Origin: Desulfotalea psychrophila LSv54
GTDB taxonomy: Bacteria > Desulfobacterota > Desulfobulbia > Desulfobulbales > Desulfocapsaceae
Assembly: GCF_000025945.1 (NCBI RefSeq)
Contig: NC_006138.1
Coordinates: 2,730,001 to 2,762,000, forward strand
Direction of reading: 5' to 3'
Length of the DNA: 32,000 nucleotides
Shown: positions 7,351-17,433 of the stretch, one piece after another
Position numbering within the stretch: position 1 is the first letter of the stretch
Layout: every line of letters starts with the position of its first letter
The notes under the pieces: generated by a model
What the model saw: the letters and a program-made list of their open reading frames with translations, nothing else
Database searches by the model: none
What the model was told of the DNA's origin: nothing
Translations under genes and position numbers: made by a program

Positions 7351-9408
7351 TTACTCTCCCTGAGCCAGGGTAACAATTTTATCGGCAATCTGAGCAGGAA
7401 CCTCTTCATAGTGCGAAAAGTACAGAGAGAAGGAACCAAGACCACCTGTCATGGAGGTCAGCTCAGTTGCATAGGACTGAATCTCTGCCTGCGGCACCTG
7501 AGCGTTAATAATTTCATGTTTACCGTCGGAATCCATACCCATTACCTTACCACGACGGGAGCTAAGATCGCCCATAATATCACCAACATGGTCCTTATCC
7601 ACATTAATGACCATATTCATATATGGTTCAAGCAGAACCACCCCGGCCTCCTCTGCCCCCTTCTTAAAGGCCAAGGATCCGGCAATTTTAAAGGCCAGTT
7701 CAGAAGAATCCACATTATGAAAGGAACCATCAACCAGAGTCACCTTCACATCAATAAAGGGATAACCGGCAAGCACTCCCCGCTCCATGGCCTCCTGAAC
7801 ACCCTTGTCAACGGCAGGTCGATACTGTTGGGGAATGACACCACCAACAATTTTATCGACAAACTCATAGTGCTCTCCAGGCAGAGGTGAAATTTCTATC
7901 CAGCAATCACCATATTGACCACGACCACCCGACTGCTTCTTATGTTTCCCCTGCACCCGGGCAGCACCACGAATAGTCTCCATATATGGAATTTTGGGTA
8001 TGGCAAGCGCCATCTCCACCCCAAACTTACGCTTAATACGGGAACCAACCACATCGAGATGAACCCGACCTATACCTGAAAGGAGCACCTCCTCCGTCTG
8101 CGGCTGCCGAGAAAGGCTCAGGGTCTGATCCTCATCAAGCATCCTGGTAAGAGCGCTAAAGAGTTTTTCCTCGTCACCCTTTTTAGCACTTACGGCAAAG
8201 GAGATCACCGGTTGAAATGGCTCCACCGACTCAATAATTACCGGATGGTCTTCACAGCAGAGGGTGTCACCGGTAACGGTACTCTTCAATTTGGCTACGG
8301 CCACCACCATACCCGGACCGGCCTCTTCAATAGCCCGTTGCTCTTTACCCTCAAGTAGATAAAGCTGACCAAATCTCTCAGCCAACTTCTGATTGGCATT
8401 GAAAAAGTTATCGCCCTTAAGAATACCTGTCACAACCTTAAAAATAGTCAGGCGACCGGCGTAGGGATCTGCCATGGTCTTAAAGACAAGGCCGACAAAA
8501 GATTCATCCGGACCAACGATGATCTCCTCCGGATAACCGGACTCTGCATTCACGCCAATAATCTCCCGAGATTGGAGCGGAGAGGGCAGGTAGGTATTGA
8601 GAATATCAAGTATGGCAACAGATCCCTGATTATGCAGGGCCGAACAGACACAAACAGGGGCCAGCTTTGCAGCAATCACTGCGGCCCTGAGACCGTCAAC
8701 CAATTCATCAACGGTCAGTTCACCCTCTTCGAGAAATTTTTCAATCAGATCATCGTCGGTTTCTGCCACTACCTCCATCAGATACTCACGCCTGCCCTTA
8801 AGGTCGGCACGGAGTTCTTCGGACAGATCGGTAAGAACATGCTTACCGCTCTCTCCAGTAAAGAGATATGCCTGCTCAGTGATTATATCAACAAACCCCC
8901 TGAACTCACCCTCTTCGCCAATGGGGAGCTGGATGGCAACGGGTCTAAGAGGCAGCGACTCTTTCATTTCAGCCAAAGTTCTGGCAAAGTTCGCCCGCTC
9001 ACGATCCATCTTATTAATCGCTATAACCGTGGGTAAACCTTTTGCCGCCACCATTTCGGCAAACTTAATGGTCTGACCCTTAACCCCAAGAATCGCGCCA
9101 ATGGTGAAGAGGGCTCCATCACTGACGTTGGTGGTAAAAAGAGCCTCGTTTAAAAAATTATCATCTCCCGGAGCATCGGCAAGAAAAACATGGTGCTTAT
9201 TCCACAGATAATTATGAAATCCTGTATTAATAGAGATACCACGACCTGTCTCTTCAGCATCATAATCCATTACAGCACTACCGTCGTCAACCTTACCAAG
9301 TCGATTAATTTTTCCACTGGTATAGAGCAATGCTTCAGCAAGGGATGTTTTTCCACAGTTACCATGACCAACAATTACGATATTTCTCACCATACTTGTA
9401 TCTTGCAT
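7351..9408 (-). CDS. EF-G-like translational GTPase paralogue (FusA2-type), G3 motif DAPGDDNF
   Basis: 685-aa ORF with GHGNCGKTS P-loop, NKMD G4, RQPQTEEVLLSGIGRVHLDV, and the EF-G C-terminal domains (RGKVMGMDSDG). AGGAG RBS before the ATG at 9408. Confidence 0.9.
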   Translation of the reverse strand: MQDTSMVRNIVIVGHGNCGKTSLAEALLYTSGKINRLGKVDDGSAVMDYDAEETGRGISINTGFHNYLWNKHHVFLADAPGDDNFLNEALFTTNVSDGALFTIGAILGVKGQTIKFAEMVAAKGLPTVIAINKMDRERANFARTLAEMKESLPLRPVAIQLPIGEEGEFRGFVDIITEQAYLFTGESGKHVLTDLSEELRADLKGRREYLMEVVAETDDDLIEKFLEEGELTVDELVDGLRAAVIAAKLAPVCVCSALHNQGSVAILDILNTYLPSPLQSREIIGVNAESGYPEEIIVGPDESFVGLVFKTMADPYAGRLTIFKVVTGILKGDNFFNANQKLAERFGQLYLLEGKEQRAIEEAGPGMVVAVAKLKSTVTGDTLCCEDHPVIIESVEPFQPVISFAVSAKKGDEEKLFSALTRMLDEDQTLSLSRQPQTEEVLLSGIGRVHLDVVGSRIKRKFGVEMALAIPKIPYMETIRGAARVQGKHKKQSGGRGQYGDCWIEISPLPGEHYEFVDKIVGGVIPQQYRPAVDKGVQEAMERGVLAGYPFIDVKVTLVDGSFHNVDSSELAFKIAGSLAFKKGAEEAGVVLLEPYMNMVINVDKDHVGDIMGDLSSRRGKVMGMDSDGKHEIINAQVPQAEIQSYATELTSMTGGLGSFSLYFSHYEEVPAQIADKIVTLAQGE

Positions 9409-9758
9409 GCGTATCTCCTCAAAGTCGACGGTTATTTATGCTATTATGAATATGTCCTTTTTTATGATAAATGCTACCTGAGGCTAACCGGTATTTATCT
9501 TTTGCCTCCTCCTCTGTGCAAATTTACTAAGAGCAAAGATGCCTGGAAAAAATGACTTAATATTTTTTATCTATTTAATTATATTCTTTTAAAATGGTAT
9601 AAAGTCAAGCCTGCCAGTCCATCTAAGTAGGTGAAAAAACAAATAGCCCTTATGGGAGGTCTGAATGTAAATTTTTAACACGAAATAGTAGCTAAAAAGA
9701 CAATTTAAGAGTAATCTAGCACTAAATTTTCCCTCTCCTTTCTACCAGACAAAATCCA

Positions 9759-11351
9759 TTGCAATCAGAATCTCCTACCAAAGCCAAAATAGGTCGATCA
9801 GCAGCCGTTATTGGTATAGCTGTTCTCTGTAGCCGTCTCCTCGGTCTTGTTCGCGAGCAAGTCTTTGCCGGCCTTTTTGGCGCAGGTTTTGCCTATGACT
9901 CCTTTGTGGTGGCCTTTCGCATCCCCAACCTCCTTCGTGATCTTTTTGGGGAAGGTGCCCTATCGGCAGCCTTTGTCACTGTCTTTTCCGACTACAACAC
10001 CCGCAAGAGCCTCGATCAAACCTGGCAACTAGCATCCAACATCCTCTCCTTTTTTGCGGTAGCCCTCAGTCTTATCGTCCTCCTAGGTATCTTTTGCGCG
10101 GCCCCCCTGGTGGACCTGCTGGCCCCGGGTTTTGCCCTGACTGCCGGCAAATCAGAGCTCACCGTTACTCTTACCCGGATTATGCTACCCTTTTTGGTCT
10201 GTATATCACTGGCGGCAGTGGTCATGGGCATCCTCAACACCAAAGGACGTTTTTTTGTCCCCGCCATAGCTTCAAGTTTTTTTAATCTTGGCTCAATTAT
10301 AGGCGGCACAAGCCTTGCCTATATCCTACCTGAATATGGCTACCCCGCCATTGCCGGTATGGCCTGCGGCACCCTTATCGGCGGGCTATTACAACTGGCC
10401 GTACAAATCCCCAGCCTTTACCGCCTGGGCTTTCGCTATAAGCCACAACTACGTATCACCGATCCCGGTCTGTTACGGGTACTCAAACTGATGGTGCCCG
10501 CCACCATTGGTCTCTCAGCAACTCAACTTAATATTTTCATCAACACCAGTTTTGCAGCAAGCTGTGGTCAGGGTGCAGTCTCTTGGCTCAACTATGCCTT
10601 TCGTCTCGTCCAGCTCCCCATTGGCCTCTTTGGCGTGGCCCTCTCTATTGCCATGCTGCCCCTCCTGGCCCAACAGGCATCACTGAAAAAAATAGATGAG
10701 ATGAAGGAGACCATGACCTCTTCTCTAACCATGGTCTTCGCCCTTACCCTACCCGCCACCTTTGGCCTTATCTTTCTGTCCAGACCCATCATCATGCTCA
10801 TATTTGAGCACGGTGCCTTTACCGCGGCCGATACCATGGCCACTGCCCAAACCCTCGGACTCTATGCGGTGGGCCTCTTTGCCTACTCTGCAAACAAGAT
10901 TCTGGTACCTGCTTTTTATGCGATCAACAAAACCAAATACCCGGTAATAGCAAGTTTTATTGCCGTGGCCTGTAATTTAATCATTATCAATCTTACCATT
11001 GATCAATTCCAGCATCTGGCCATAGCCCTTTCCACCTCCGTCACCATGATTTTAAACTTCATCTTCCTCCTGACAGTACTGAACAGAGAGATGAAGGGCT
11101 TACCCCTTGCCCAGCTTATAAAAAACCTGGCCAAGATCCTCTGTGCCTGCCTGTTTCTGAGCTTAATTCTATTTCTGGCGGACAGTTATCTACCAAGCCT
11201 GCTCTCCTCACACATTTCTCTACAGATAACAAGCCTCTTTGCCACCATCATTCTGGCAACAGGGACCTACGGCATATGCCTACACTTTTTAGGTCTTGAA
11301 GAGATGCAGCTCATAACGAAGAAGGTACTGGGACGTTTTAAAAGGAGCTAA
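9759..11351 (+). CDS. murJ: Lipid II flippase MurJ (MviN family)
   Basis: 530-aa multi-TM ORF: SRLLGLVREQVFAGLFGAGFAYDSFVVAFRIPNLLRDLFGEGALSAAFVTVF. TTG start. Confidence 0.93.
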   Translation: MQSESPTKAKIGRSAAVIGIAVLCSRLLGLVREQVFAGLFGAGFAYDSFVVAFRIPNLLRDLFGEGALSAAFVTVFSDYNTRKSLDQTWQLASNILSFFAVALSLIVLLGIFCAAPLVDLLAPGFALTAGKSELTVTLTRIMLPFLVCISLAAVVMGILNTKGRFFVPAIASSFFNLGSIIGGTSLAYILPEYGYPAIAGMACGTLIGGLLQLAVQIPSLYRLGFRYKPQLRITDPGLLRVLKLMVPATIGLSATQLNIFINTSFAASCGQGAVSWLNYAFRLVQLPIGLFGVALSIAMLPLLAQQASLKKIDEMKETMTSSLTMVFALTLPATFGLIFLSRPIIMLIFEHGAFTAADTMATAQTLGLYAVGLFAYSANKILVPAFYAINKTKYPVIASFIAVACNLIIINLTIDQFQHLAIALSTSVTMILNFIFLLTVLNREMKGLPLAQLIKNLAKILCACLFLSLILFLADSYLPSLLSSHISLQITSLFATIILATGTYGICLHFLGLEEMQLITKKVLGRFKRS

Positions 11352-11386
11352 ACTCTCCCACCAACAAAGAGAAGCTTGTATTAACA

Positions 11387-11430
11387 AAAAAAGGAGATAT
11401 CCACCCCTTGGGCAGATACCTCCTTTTAAA
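11387..11430. terminator. Bidirectional terminator between convergent murJ and phasin-like gene
   Basis: AAAAGGAGATATC...GATACCTCCTTTT inverted repeat (12 of 13 pair) flanked by an A-run and a T-run. Confidence 0.75.
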
Positions 11431-11454
11431 ATGATCCTAAAACGATTCCTGAGC

Positions 11455-11847
11455 CTACTCAGCCGGTTTATCCCCCGCAGGCTCTTCCTCATCCCCTTTT
11501 AAACCTGCAAGCTCAGCCCGAAGCGAGGCGATCTCCTCCCGAAGTGCCTTCATATCCTCTTTCCGGACAAGATCCATTTTAGCCAGGAGCGAGTTCACCC
11601 CTTCCTCTATCTGCTCTTTGAGCTCCTGACGAGATTTTTCCGCCGAGGCAAGCATATCGCCCACCAACTTTTCACCCTCTTTCTCGCTAATTTTCCCCTT
11701 AGCAATATACTCTTTGGCAATCTCTTCAATCTTTTCTTTAGTAAAAGAGGCCACACCAACTCCGGCAAAAACACCCTTTTTCATCCAATCAATCATATTC
11801 CCCCTCCAGATATATTTTTCTATCCTATATGTCCCTTGAAATACCAT
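11455..11847 (-). CDS. Phasin-like coiled-coil protein (PHA synthesis regulator phasin-like)
   Basis: MIDWMKKGVFAGVGVASFTKEKIEEIAKEYIAKGKISEKEGEKLVGDMLASAEKSRQELKEQIEEGVNSLLAKM... The likely start is MIDWMKK at about 11796. Confidence 0.75.
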   Translation of the reverse strand: MVFQGTYRIEKYIWRGNMIDWMKKGVFAGVGVASFTKEKIEEIAKEYIAKGKISEKEGEKLVGDMLASAEKSRQELKEQIEEGVNSLLAKMDLVRKEDMKALREEIASLRAELAGLKGDEEEPAGDKPAE

Positions 11848-12889
11848 AAAAATCTTCCGCTGCCTGCACTGCTTCCTCTACAGTATGACTCTTTTGCACG
11901 GCAGAAGCAAGGTGATGGCCAAATTGGTGATTTTTTGCTATATAGTGGGTAAATTCTTTAATTCGACCGAGTTGCCTTTCGGGAGCAAAAATTTCTACCA
12001 TTTTCTGGACAAAGCGAAAATAGATCTCAACCGGCCGGGATTCCGCCACGGGTAGATCCAGGCCATAGACCTCCCTGGCTATTTCATTAAAGAGCCAAGG
12101 CCTCTCCACCGCACCTCGGCCAAGCATAAGCCCAGCAGCACCGGAGAGCTCCAAACATCTGCGGGCATCATCCACCGAAAAGATACCACCATTGGCAAAG
12201 ATGGGAATATCAAGCTGCTCACAGATCGGAGCCAGCAACTGCCAACGAGGCTTTCGACAAAATTTTTCCCCATGATAGCGGGCATGCACGGCAAGTAGAT
12301 CAACACCCTCGGCCTCAAGCATCTTACAAAAATCAAGAAGATGCGCCTCCTTGCCGACATGGCCCACCCGGATTTTAGCCGAGAGAGTCAAATCCGTATG
12401 CCGGCGGGCAGAGGAAACTATATCTCTAACCCGATCCCAGTCTTCAGCCAGAGCTGCCCCCGCCCCACCACGACGTACGGAGGGAGCCGGACAACCCAAA
12501 TTAATATCGACACCATCACCACCAAGACGATGGATCTTATCCAGGGCCGGAGCTACATACTTAACATCCGCAATAAAAAGCTGATATATAAGTGGCCGCT
12601 CACAGGGAGTAGTATGCAAATAGGAGGATACTGCCGGATTTTCATGGGGAAGTCGCCTGGCGGCAAGCATCTCCGTATAAAAAAGACCACAACCACCAAG
12701 ATCAGCTATCAGAGAGCGCAGAGCTGAATGACTCAGGCCAACCATGGGAGCAAGAGAGAGAGGAGGCGCTGCGAGTCGCCCCTCGCCATCCCTCTGCAAA
12801 AACGTTAATTTCATACAAATCTCATTTTGAAACGGTTTGAACAACACCCTGACAACCTTAAACCCAAGAGGCAAGCAGTCCCATATCAA
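11825..12889 (-). CDS. dus: tRNA-dihydrouridine synthase
   Basis: LAPMVGLSHSALRSLI...YTEMLAARRL...VDINLGCPAPSVRRGGAGAAL...LSAKIRVG...VHARYHGEKFCRKPRW...IPIFANGGIFSVDDARRCLELSGAAGLMLGRGAVERPWLF. The likely start is MKLTFLQRD at about 12814. Confidence 0.93.
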   Translation of the reverse strand: MIWDCLPLGFKVVRVLFKPFQNEICMKLTFLQRDGEGRLAAPPLSLAPMVGLSHSALRSLIADLGGCGLFYTEMLAARRLPHENPAVSSYLHTTPCERPLIYQLFIADVKYVAPALDKIHRLGGDGVDINLGCPAPSVRRGGAGAALAEDWDRVRDIVSSARRHTDLTLSAKIRVGHVGKEAHLLDFCKMLEAEGVDLLAVHARYHGEKFCRKPRWQLLAPICEQLDIPIFANGGIFSVDDARRCLELSGAAGLMLGRGAVERPWLFNEIAREVYGLDLPVAESRPVEIYFRFVQKMVEIFAPERQLGRIKEFTHYIAKNHQFGHHLASAVQKSHTVEEAVQAAEDFYGISRDI

Positions 12890-15140
12890 GGGTCTCTTTA
12901 AATTTTATGTGTAGACAATGGGTTGTTATATCTATTATGCGAATCGCAACTATCTGCCCTGAGCAGAAACAGGCATTAGAATCAGGCCCTAATCGTACTG
13001 CCACATTTTCTCCAAGCAGACTATGTACACTGTTTACAAAGCCAGAACGAACAAAAAGTGACACCCCCTGCTGAGAAACATCTCTAGTCTGACCTTTCAC
13101 GGCCTGCGAATCTTCCCTGTCCCCCGTCAAGACAAGATGCGCAGAGGTTTTAATGGGAAAACGTTGAGAGGAACGACGCTCCCCTCCTGACATCTGCACC
13201 AGAGAAGATATGGTATTTCCCTGCGCACAGTAGGCCCTCAACTTTGCTCCCAAATACGGCTCTTTTTTCTCAAAGTTGATAAAATCATCATAGGCGAGAA
13301 CACCCAAATGCGAAAGACCTGTAGCCAACAGATTCACCGACCAAAGAGAGGCATCAAAAAAAAGCCTCTGTCCACAGCACTCTCCCGGACCAAACTTTTT
13401 CAAAAAGACCTTCCTGTTATCAGCAAGATAGAACATTTGCAAAGAGCCATCCAAGACAAAATAGAGACAGGCATTTATCTCACCAACACGCGCAACCTCT
13501 TCTCCGGGACGATACTCCTCTACCTTCATCAGTTTAAAAAAGACATCCTGCTCCTCTTTGCTAAAGCAGGAGGACAATACTCTCTCAATCACCTGCTGAT
13601 TGGGAAAATAATTACTCCTGCGTCGAGCTATCTCTTTTGCCAGGGAGGTATAATCTGCAAACCCCCCCGGGTTAATGGCCATCAGACGATCCACCGTTAA
13701 CTGAGCCGCAAGGAGATCATTTTTCTGCACAAAGGCAAGCCCCTCCTGATAGAGCAGATCTTCCTTTACAATTTTACTGTTCCTCTGCATGGCCCTCTCT
13801 ATTTTTGCCTCAAGCTCACGGAGACTTGCCTGACCACGTTGCAGCTCAACGGGATCCGTATCAAAGAGCACCTCTTCTTCTAGCTTCTTCCGACGTTGCT
13901 CATGACGCAGCTTAGGCCTGACCAAGGCAAGGGCACGCAGCGTGGCCTGTTCAAGCTCTTTAGAAATGGGTTCTTGGCGACTCTCCTCAAGGAGCATGGT
14001 CAACAAAAAGAGAGCTCGCGCTGAAAATTTCTTCTCAAGCACCGCAACAAGAGAGAGCAAGGCCTCCTGATTTTTACGCAGGAGAGAAAATGATCCCTCA
14101 AGAAAATCAAACAAACCCCTATAAACAAAATCACCACCCAGATCCACCAACTCTCTTATGACCCGAGCTTGAAGCGATGGCGCCAAAAGGGGCAAAAGCT
14201 CCAGTAGATGAGGGACAAGGGAGTCCCCTTCCAGAGAAACAATTCCCTCTACAACCGCCTCCTGCAGACGGATATCAGGGGACGCAACATAATCCTTGAG
14301 AACGTCGTAGGAGTTCTCGCCCTCTGCCTCAACATAAATGGAAAGAAGGTTACGGCTAATATACCACGGTGGATTCTTAGATAAATAATCCAAAAGTATA
14401 GCTGTCACGGCCGAACCAAATCCTGTCAGGAGGGTAACAAGCGCCAACCTCTCATCCTTTTCCTGACTCTGCACCATGCGCTGGAGTAAAAAAAGAGCAG
14501 CCTTTCGTCCAAGTAAAACAAAGATGGTAGAAATATCCTCACAGAGACAACCACCCTCAAGATATTCAGTCCACATTTTTTCCAATAATGGTCTGGTTAA
14601 CAGAAGATTTTTAGAGGCAAGAATAGAGCTCCGAATTCGTTGTTCCTTCACCAGTTCCCCACTCCCTATACGATCAACCACCCTGAGAAAACTGTGCACA
14701 GCCCCGTAATCACCACTCTCGACAAGGCTTGCTGCCAATTGACTCATCTGTTTAGCCAAAACAGGAAGGCCAAGGAAATAATCATCCTCTCCTTCGTACC
14801 AAACTCCTGCTTGAGCCAGACAGAGAGAGACGGTCTCCTGAGAAAAAACGCCCTTCCATTTTTCCAAGCCCAGAGAGAGGAGAGACGCCGCCGCAAAACG
14901 AACCTCTTTATCCAAATGCGAAAGAGAGGGCAAGAGGGAGAGAAGAAGTTCAGGTGAACCATCAATAAGCACAAGCAAACCCTGAACAATATCCTCCCTT
15001 AAAATAAGGGAATACTTCCCAGAGATAAATGCCTGACAGCCATCCTCAACACGTTTTTTTTCACGTTCCTCCTCGGCCAAACGAAGACGATCCCGTGTTC
15101 CAAGCAGTGCTGCAGGCTGCTTACTTGTATCAAAATTCAT
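12858..15140 (-). CDS. HEAT-like repeat protein with cyclic-nucleotide-binding domain and C-terminal PilZ-like domain
   Basis: 760-aa ORF. N-terminal alpha-helical repeats (LLPSLSHLDKEVRFAAASLLSLGLE; DYVASPDIRLQEAVVEGIVSLEGDSLVPHLLELL), then MKVEEYRPGEEVARVGEINACLYFVLDGSLQMFY...FGPGECCGQRLFF (cNMP-like), then RRSSQRFPIKTSAHLVLTG...GQTRDVSQQGVSLFVRSG (PilZ-like RxxxR). Confidence 0.85.
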   Translation of the reverse strand: MNFDTSKQPAALLGTRDRLRLAEEEREKKRVEDGCQAFISGKYSLILREDIVQGLLVLIDGSPELLLSLLPSLSHLDKEVRFAAASLLSLGLEKWKGVFSQETVSLCLAQAGVWYEGEDDYFLGLPVLAKQMSQLAASLVESGDYGAVHSFLRVVDRIGSGELVKEQRIRSSILASKNLLLTRPLLEKMWTEYLEGGCLCEDISTIFVLLGRKAALFLLQRMVQSQEKDERLALVTLLTGFGSAVTAILLDYLSKNPPWYISRNLLSIYVEAEGENSYDVLKDYVASPDIRLQEAVVEGIVSLEGDSLVPHLLELLPLLAPSLQARVIRELVDLGGDFVYRGLFDFLEGSFSLLRKNQEALLSLVAVLEKKFSARALFLLTMLLEESRQEPISKELEQATLRALALVRPKLRHEQRRKKLEEEVLFDTDPVELQRGQASLRELEAKIERAMQRNSKIVKEDLLYQEGLAFVQKNDLLAAQLTVDRLMAINPGGFADYTSLAKEIARRRSNYFPNQQVIERVLSSCFSKEEQDVFFKLMKVEEYRPGEEVARVGEINACLYFVLDGSLQMFYLADNRKVFLKKFGPGECCGQRLFFDASLWSVNLLATGLSHLGVLAYDDFINFEKKEPYLGAKLRAYCAQGNTISSLVQMSGGERRSSQRFPIKTSAHLVLTGDREDSQAVKGQTRDVSQQGVSLFVRSGFVNSVHSLLGENVAVRLGPDSNACFCSGQIVAIRIIDITTHCLHIKFKETLDMGLLASWV

Positions 15141-15262
15141 AAGTTAGCACCTCAAAAACGATTATATAGACAATCAGCAGGGGCAAAGACATCCTTGACA
15201 GAAACAGCTGAAGGCAGTAGTAAAAGTATGATCAAATGTATCCTTTCTACCTCTAAAAAACA

Positions 15263-15964
15263 ATGGAGCTAAGAATGCCCTCTGCCTGCCTATCACTTTT
15301 TATCACCCTACTGCTCTCCATCTCTCTCAGCTCCCAGGCCATAGCCGCCGACAACAGTCCACAGTCATTACGATATGTATCTGATTTTCTTGTCATCAAT
15401 CTCAAGAACAGGATAGAGCGCCCCTATACCGTTGTCGATCATATAAAGAGCAACGCCCCACTGACTGTCCTTGGTGAAAGAGGGAAATATATCCATGTAC
15501 GTACAGCAGATGATAAGGTTGGCTGGGTTGCAAAACAGTATACCACAACTAAATTGCCAAAATCATTGATTATAAAAAATTTAGAAGAAGAAATATCTCA
15601 GCTCAAACAAAGCCAGCCTCCTGCCTCACAGATAGTGGAAGAGAAAATTCAAGAACTACAGCTAGAGCTCAACAGGGCTCAAGAGGAGATAATTCGCCTC
15701 AGTAAAAGCCAAGCGACAGCCGTGCCCAGTCAGAGTATCAGCCCGGAGGAGCACCAGAGGATAGTCGCCCAGGTTCAGATCCTCAAGAAACAACTGGCAA
15801 GGTCAAAACGCGAAAGCAGTGATGAAAAAATTACCCAGGAAAGTTCTTCCAAGGGAAATTATAGTAATATTTATTGGTTTATCGCCGGGGTAGGCACCCT
15901 TCTCATAGGCTTTTTACTCGGAAAAATACCCGAGAAACGCCGACAGAAACGGGTCTTTTATTAG
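15263..15964 (+). CDS. SH3-domain protein with coiled coil and C-terminal TM anchor (YgiM-like)
   Basis: Signal peptide, YVSDFLVINLKNRIERPYTVVDHIKSNAPLTVLGERGKYIHVRTADDKVGWVAKQYTT, coiled coil, and C-terminal IYWFIAGVGTLLIGFLLGKIPEKRRQKR. Confidence 0.85.
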   Translation: MELRMPSACLSLFITLLLSISLSSQAIAADNSPQSLRYVSDFLVINLKNRIERPYTVVDHIKSNAPLTVLGERGKYIHVRTADDKVGWVAKQYTTTKLPKSLIIKNLEEEISQLKQSQPPASQIVEEKIQELQLELNRAQEEIIRLSKSQATAVPSQSISPEEHQRIVAQVQILKKQLARSKRESSDEKITQESSSKGNYSNIYWFIAGVGTLLIGFLLGKIPEKRRQKRVFY

Positions 15965-16088
15965 ACGATTAGGGAGAAAGCTTGAGTTTTTTGCTTATTT
16001 GCCCTAAATATCTATCTCCTTTAAGAGAAATCTCATACTCGTTCACACCTTATTGGTGTGCCCAAAAATATTAACAAGACAAATCATT

Positions 16089-17324
16089 ATGAATAATCGA
16101 CGCATCGTTATCACAGGGGTAGGCCTTGCCGCACCAAATGCGGACAATCTTAAGGAGTTCAGAGAAAAGTTACTTACAGGCACCTCGGAAATCCAGGAAA
16201 TTGACCTGCGTTATTTCGGTAAGGCTCCTGCGGGTATCTGCTCCTTTCCTGAAACCAAATATCGCAAGAAGAAAGAGAATAAGAGAGGGACACGGGCAGG
16301 TTGTTTTGGCGTTTACTGCGCCCACGAGGCCCTAAACGATGCAGGGCTTGACCATGATCACTACGACAAGGCCAGGGTCGGTGTCTATATAGGCCTTACC
16401 GAGCACGGCACAAGCGAAACGGAGAATGAGGTATTTAACATCAGTCAGTATGATTACGATGTTAAATATTGGACTCATCACCACAATCCACGTACCGTCC
16501 TCAACAATCCGGCAGGAGAAATCACCCTCAGCCTGGGCATCACCGGCCCACACTATGTCATTGGCGCAGCCTGTGCGGCGGGCAATGCATCTCTTATCCA
16601 GGCCGTACAGATGCTCCGCCTCGGTGAGGTTGATATGGCAATTGCCGGCGGAATATCAGAATCCACCGGTTCCTTCGGTATTTTTGCCAGCTTTCAAGCC
16701 CAAGGAGCACTCGGACACGCAGAAGATCCCAAGCTAGCCTCACGCCCCTTCGATAAATCCCGTAATGGTATCGTCGTCTCCGAAGGTGCCTGTCTCTATA
16801 TCCTTGAAGATCTCGACAAGGCCCTGGCCCGCGGAGCTAAAATTTATGGCGAAATTGTAGGCTACGGAATGAACTCCGATGCCCGTGACTTTGTCCTTCC
16901 CTATGCCCCGAGACAAGTGCAGTGTATGGAGCTGGCCCTGAAAAAGGCTGGTCTGAAACCAAGCGACATCGATATCGTCAACACCCATGCCACCGGTACA
17001 CCTTCAGGTGATGTAGAGGAGTGCAAGGCCATACGCGCGCTTTTTAGCAATTGTCCCAGCACCTACATCAACAATACCAAATCCATCATTGGCCACGCCA
17101 TGGGGGCCGCCGGAGTACTTGAACTTGCCGGCAACCTACCATCTTTTGATGACAATATTGTTCACCCGACCATCAACATTGAAGAGATTGATCCTGCCTG
17201 TGTCCTTGAAAACCTCGTTATCAACGAGGCTAAACAGGTGGAATCAGTGGAAACCATCCTCAATAATTCCTTTGGAATGGTAGGGATAAATTCCACCATA
17301 ATTGTGAAAAAATTCAAAAAATAG
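16089..17324 (+). CDS. Beta-ketoacyl-ACP synthase (FabF-like ketosynthase)
   Basis: MNNRRIVITGVGLAAPN...; catalytic Cys in IGAACAAGNASL; His in NTHATGTPSGD and NTKSIIGHAMGAAG; C-terminal NNSFGMVGINSTIIVKKF. ORF track start is 16053; ATG at 16089 chosen. Confidence 0.92.
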   Translation: MNNRRIVITGVGLAAPNADNLKEFREKLLTGTSEIQEIDLRYFGKAPAGICSFPETKYRKKKENKRGTRAGCFGVYCAHEALNDAGLDHDHYDKARVGVYIGLTEHGTSETENEVFNISQYDYDVKYWTHHHNPRTVLNNPAGEITLSLGITGPHYVIGAACAAGNASLIQAVQMLRLGEVDMAIAGGISESTGSFGIFASFQAQGALGHAEDPKLASRPFDKSRNGIVVSEGACLYILEDLDKALARGAKIYGEIVGYGMNSDARDFVLPYAPRQVQCMELALKKAGLKPSDIDIVNTHATGTPSGDVEECKAIRALFSNCPSTYINNTKSIIGHAMGAAGVLELAGNLPSFDDNIVHPTINIEEIDPACVLENLVINEAKQVESVETILNNSFGMVGINSTIIVKKFKK

Positions 17325-17375
17325 CTCTTCCCCCTCTAAAAATGGTGAAGAAGCTTACTTTTTTGTGTTATAGAC
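17323..17375 (+). promoter_or_regulatory. Possible intra-operon hairpin between KS and ACP genes
   Basis: AGCTCTTCCCC..(loop)..GGTGAAGAAGCT followed by ACTTTTTTG; imperfect stem with a bulge and a short T-run. Confidence 0.35.
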
Positions 17376-17433
17376 ACCTGTTGCAAGGCGTCCTACAAAA
17401 TAATTATATATTACAAGATTGTTTGGAGATATT

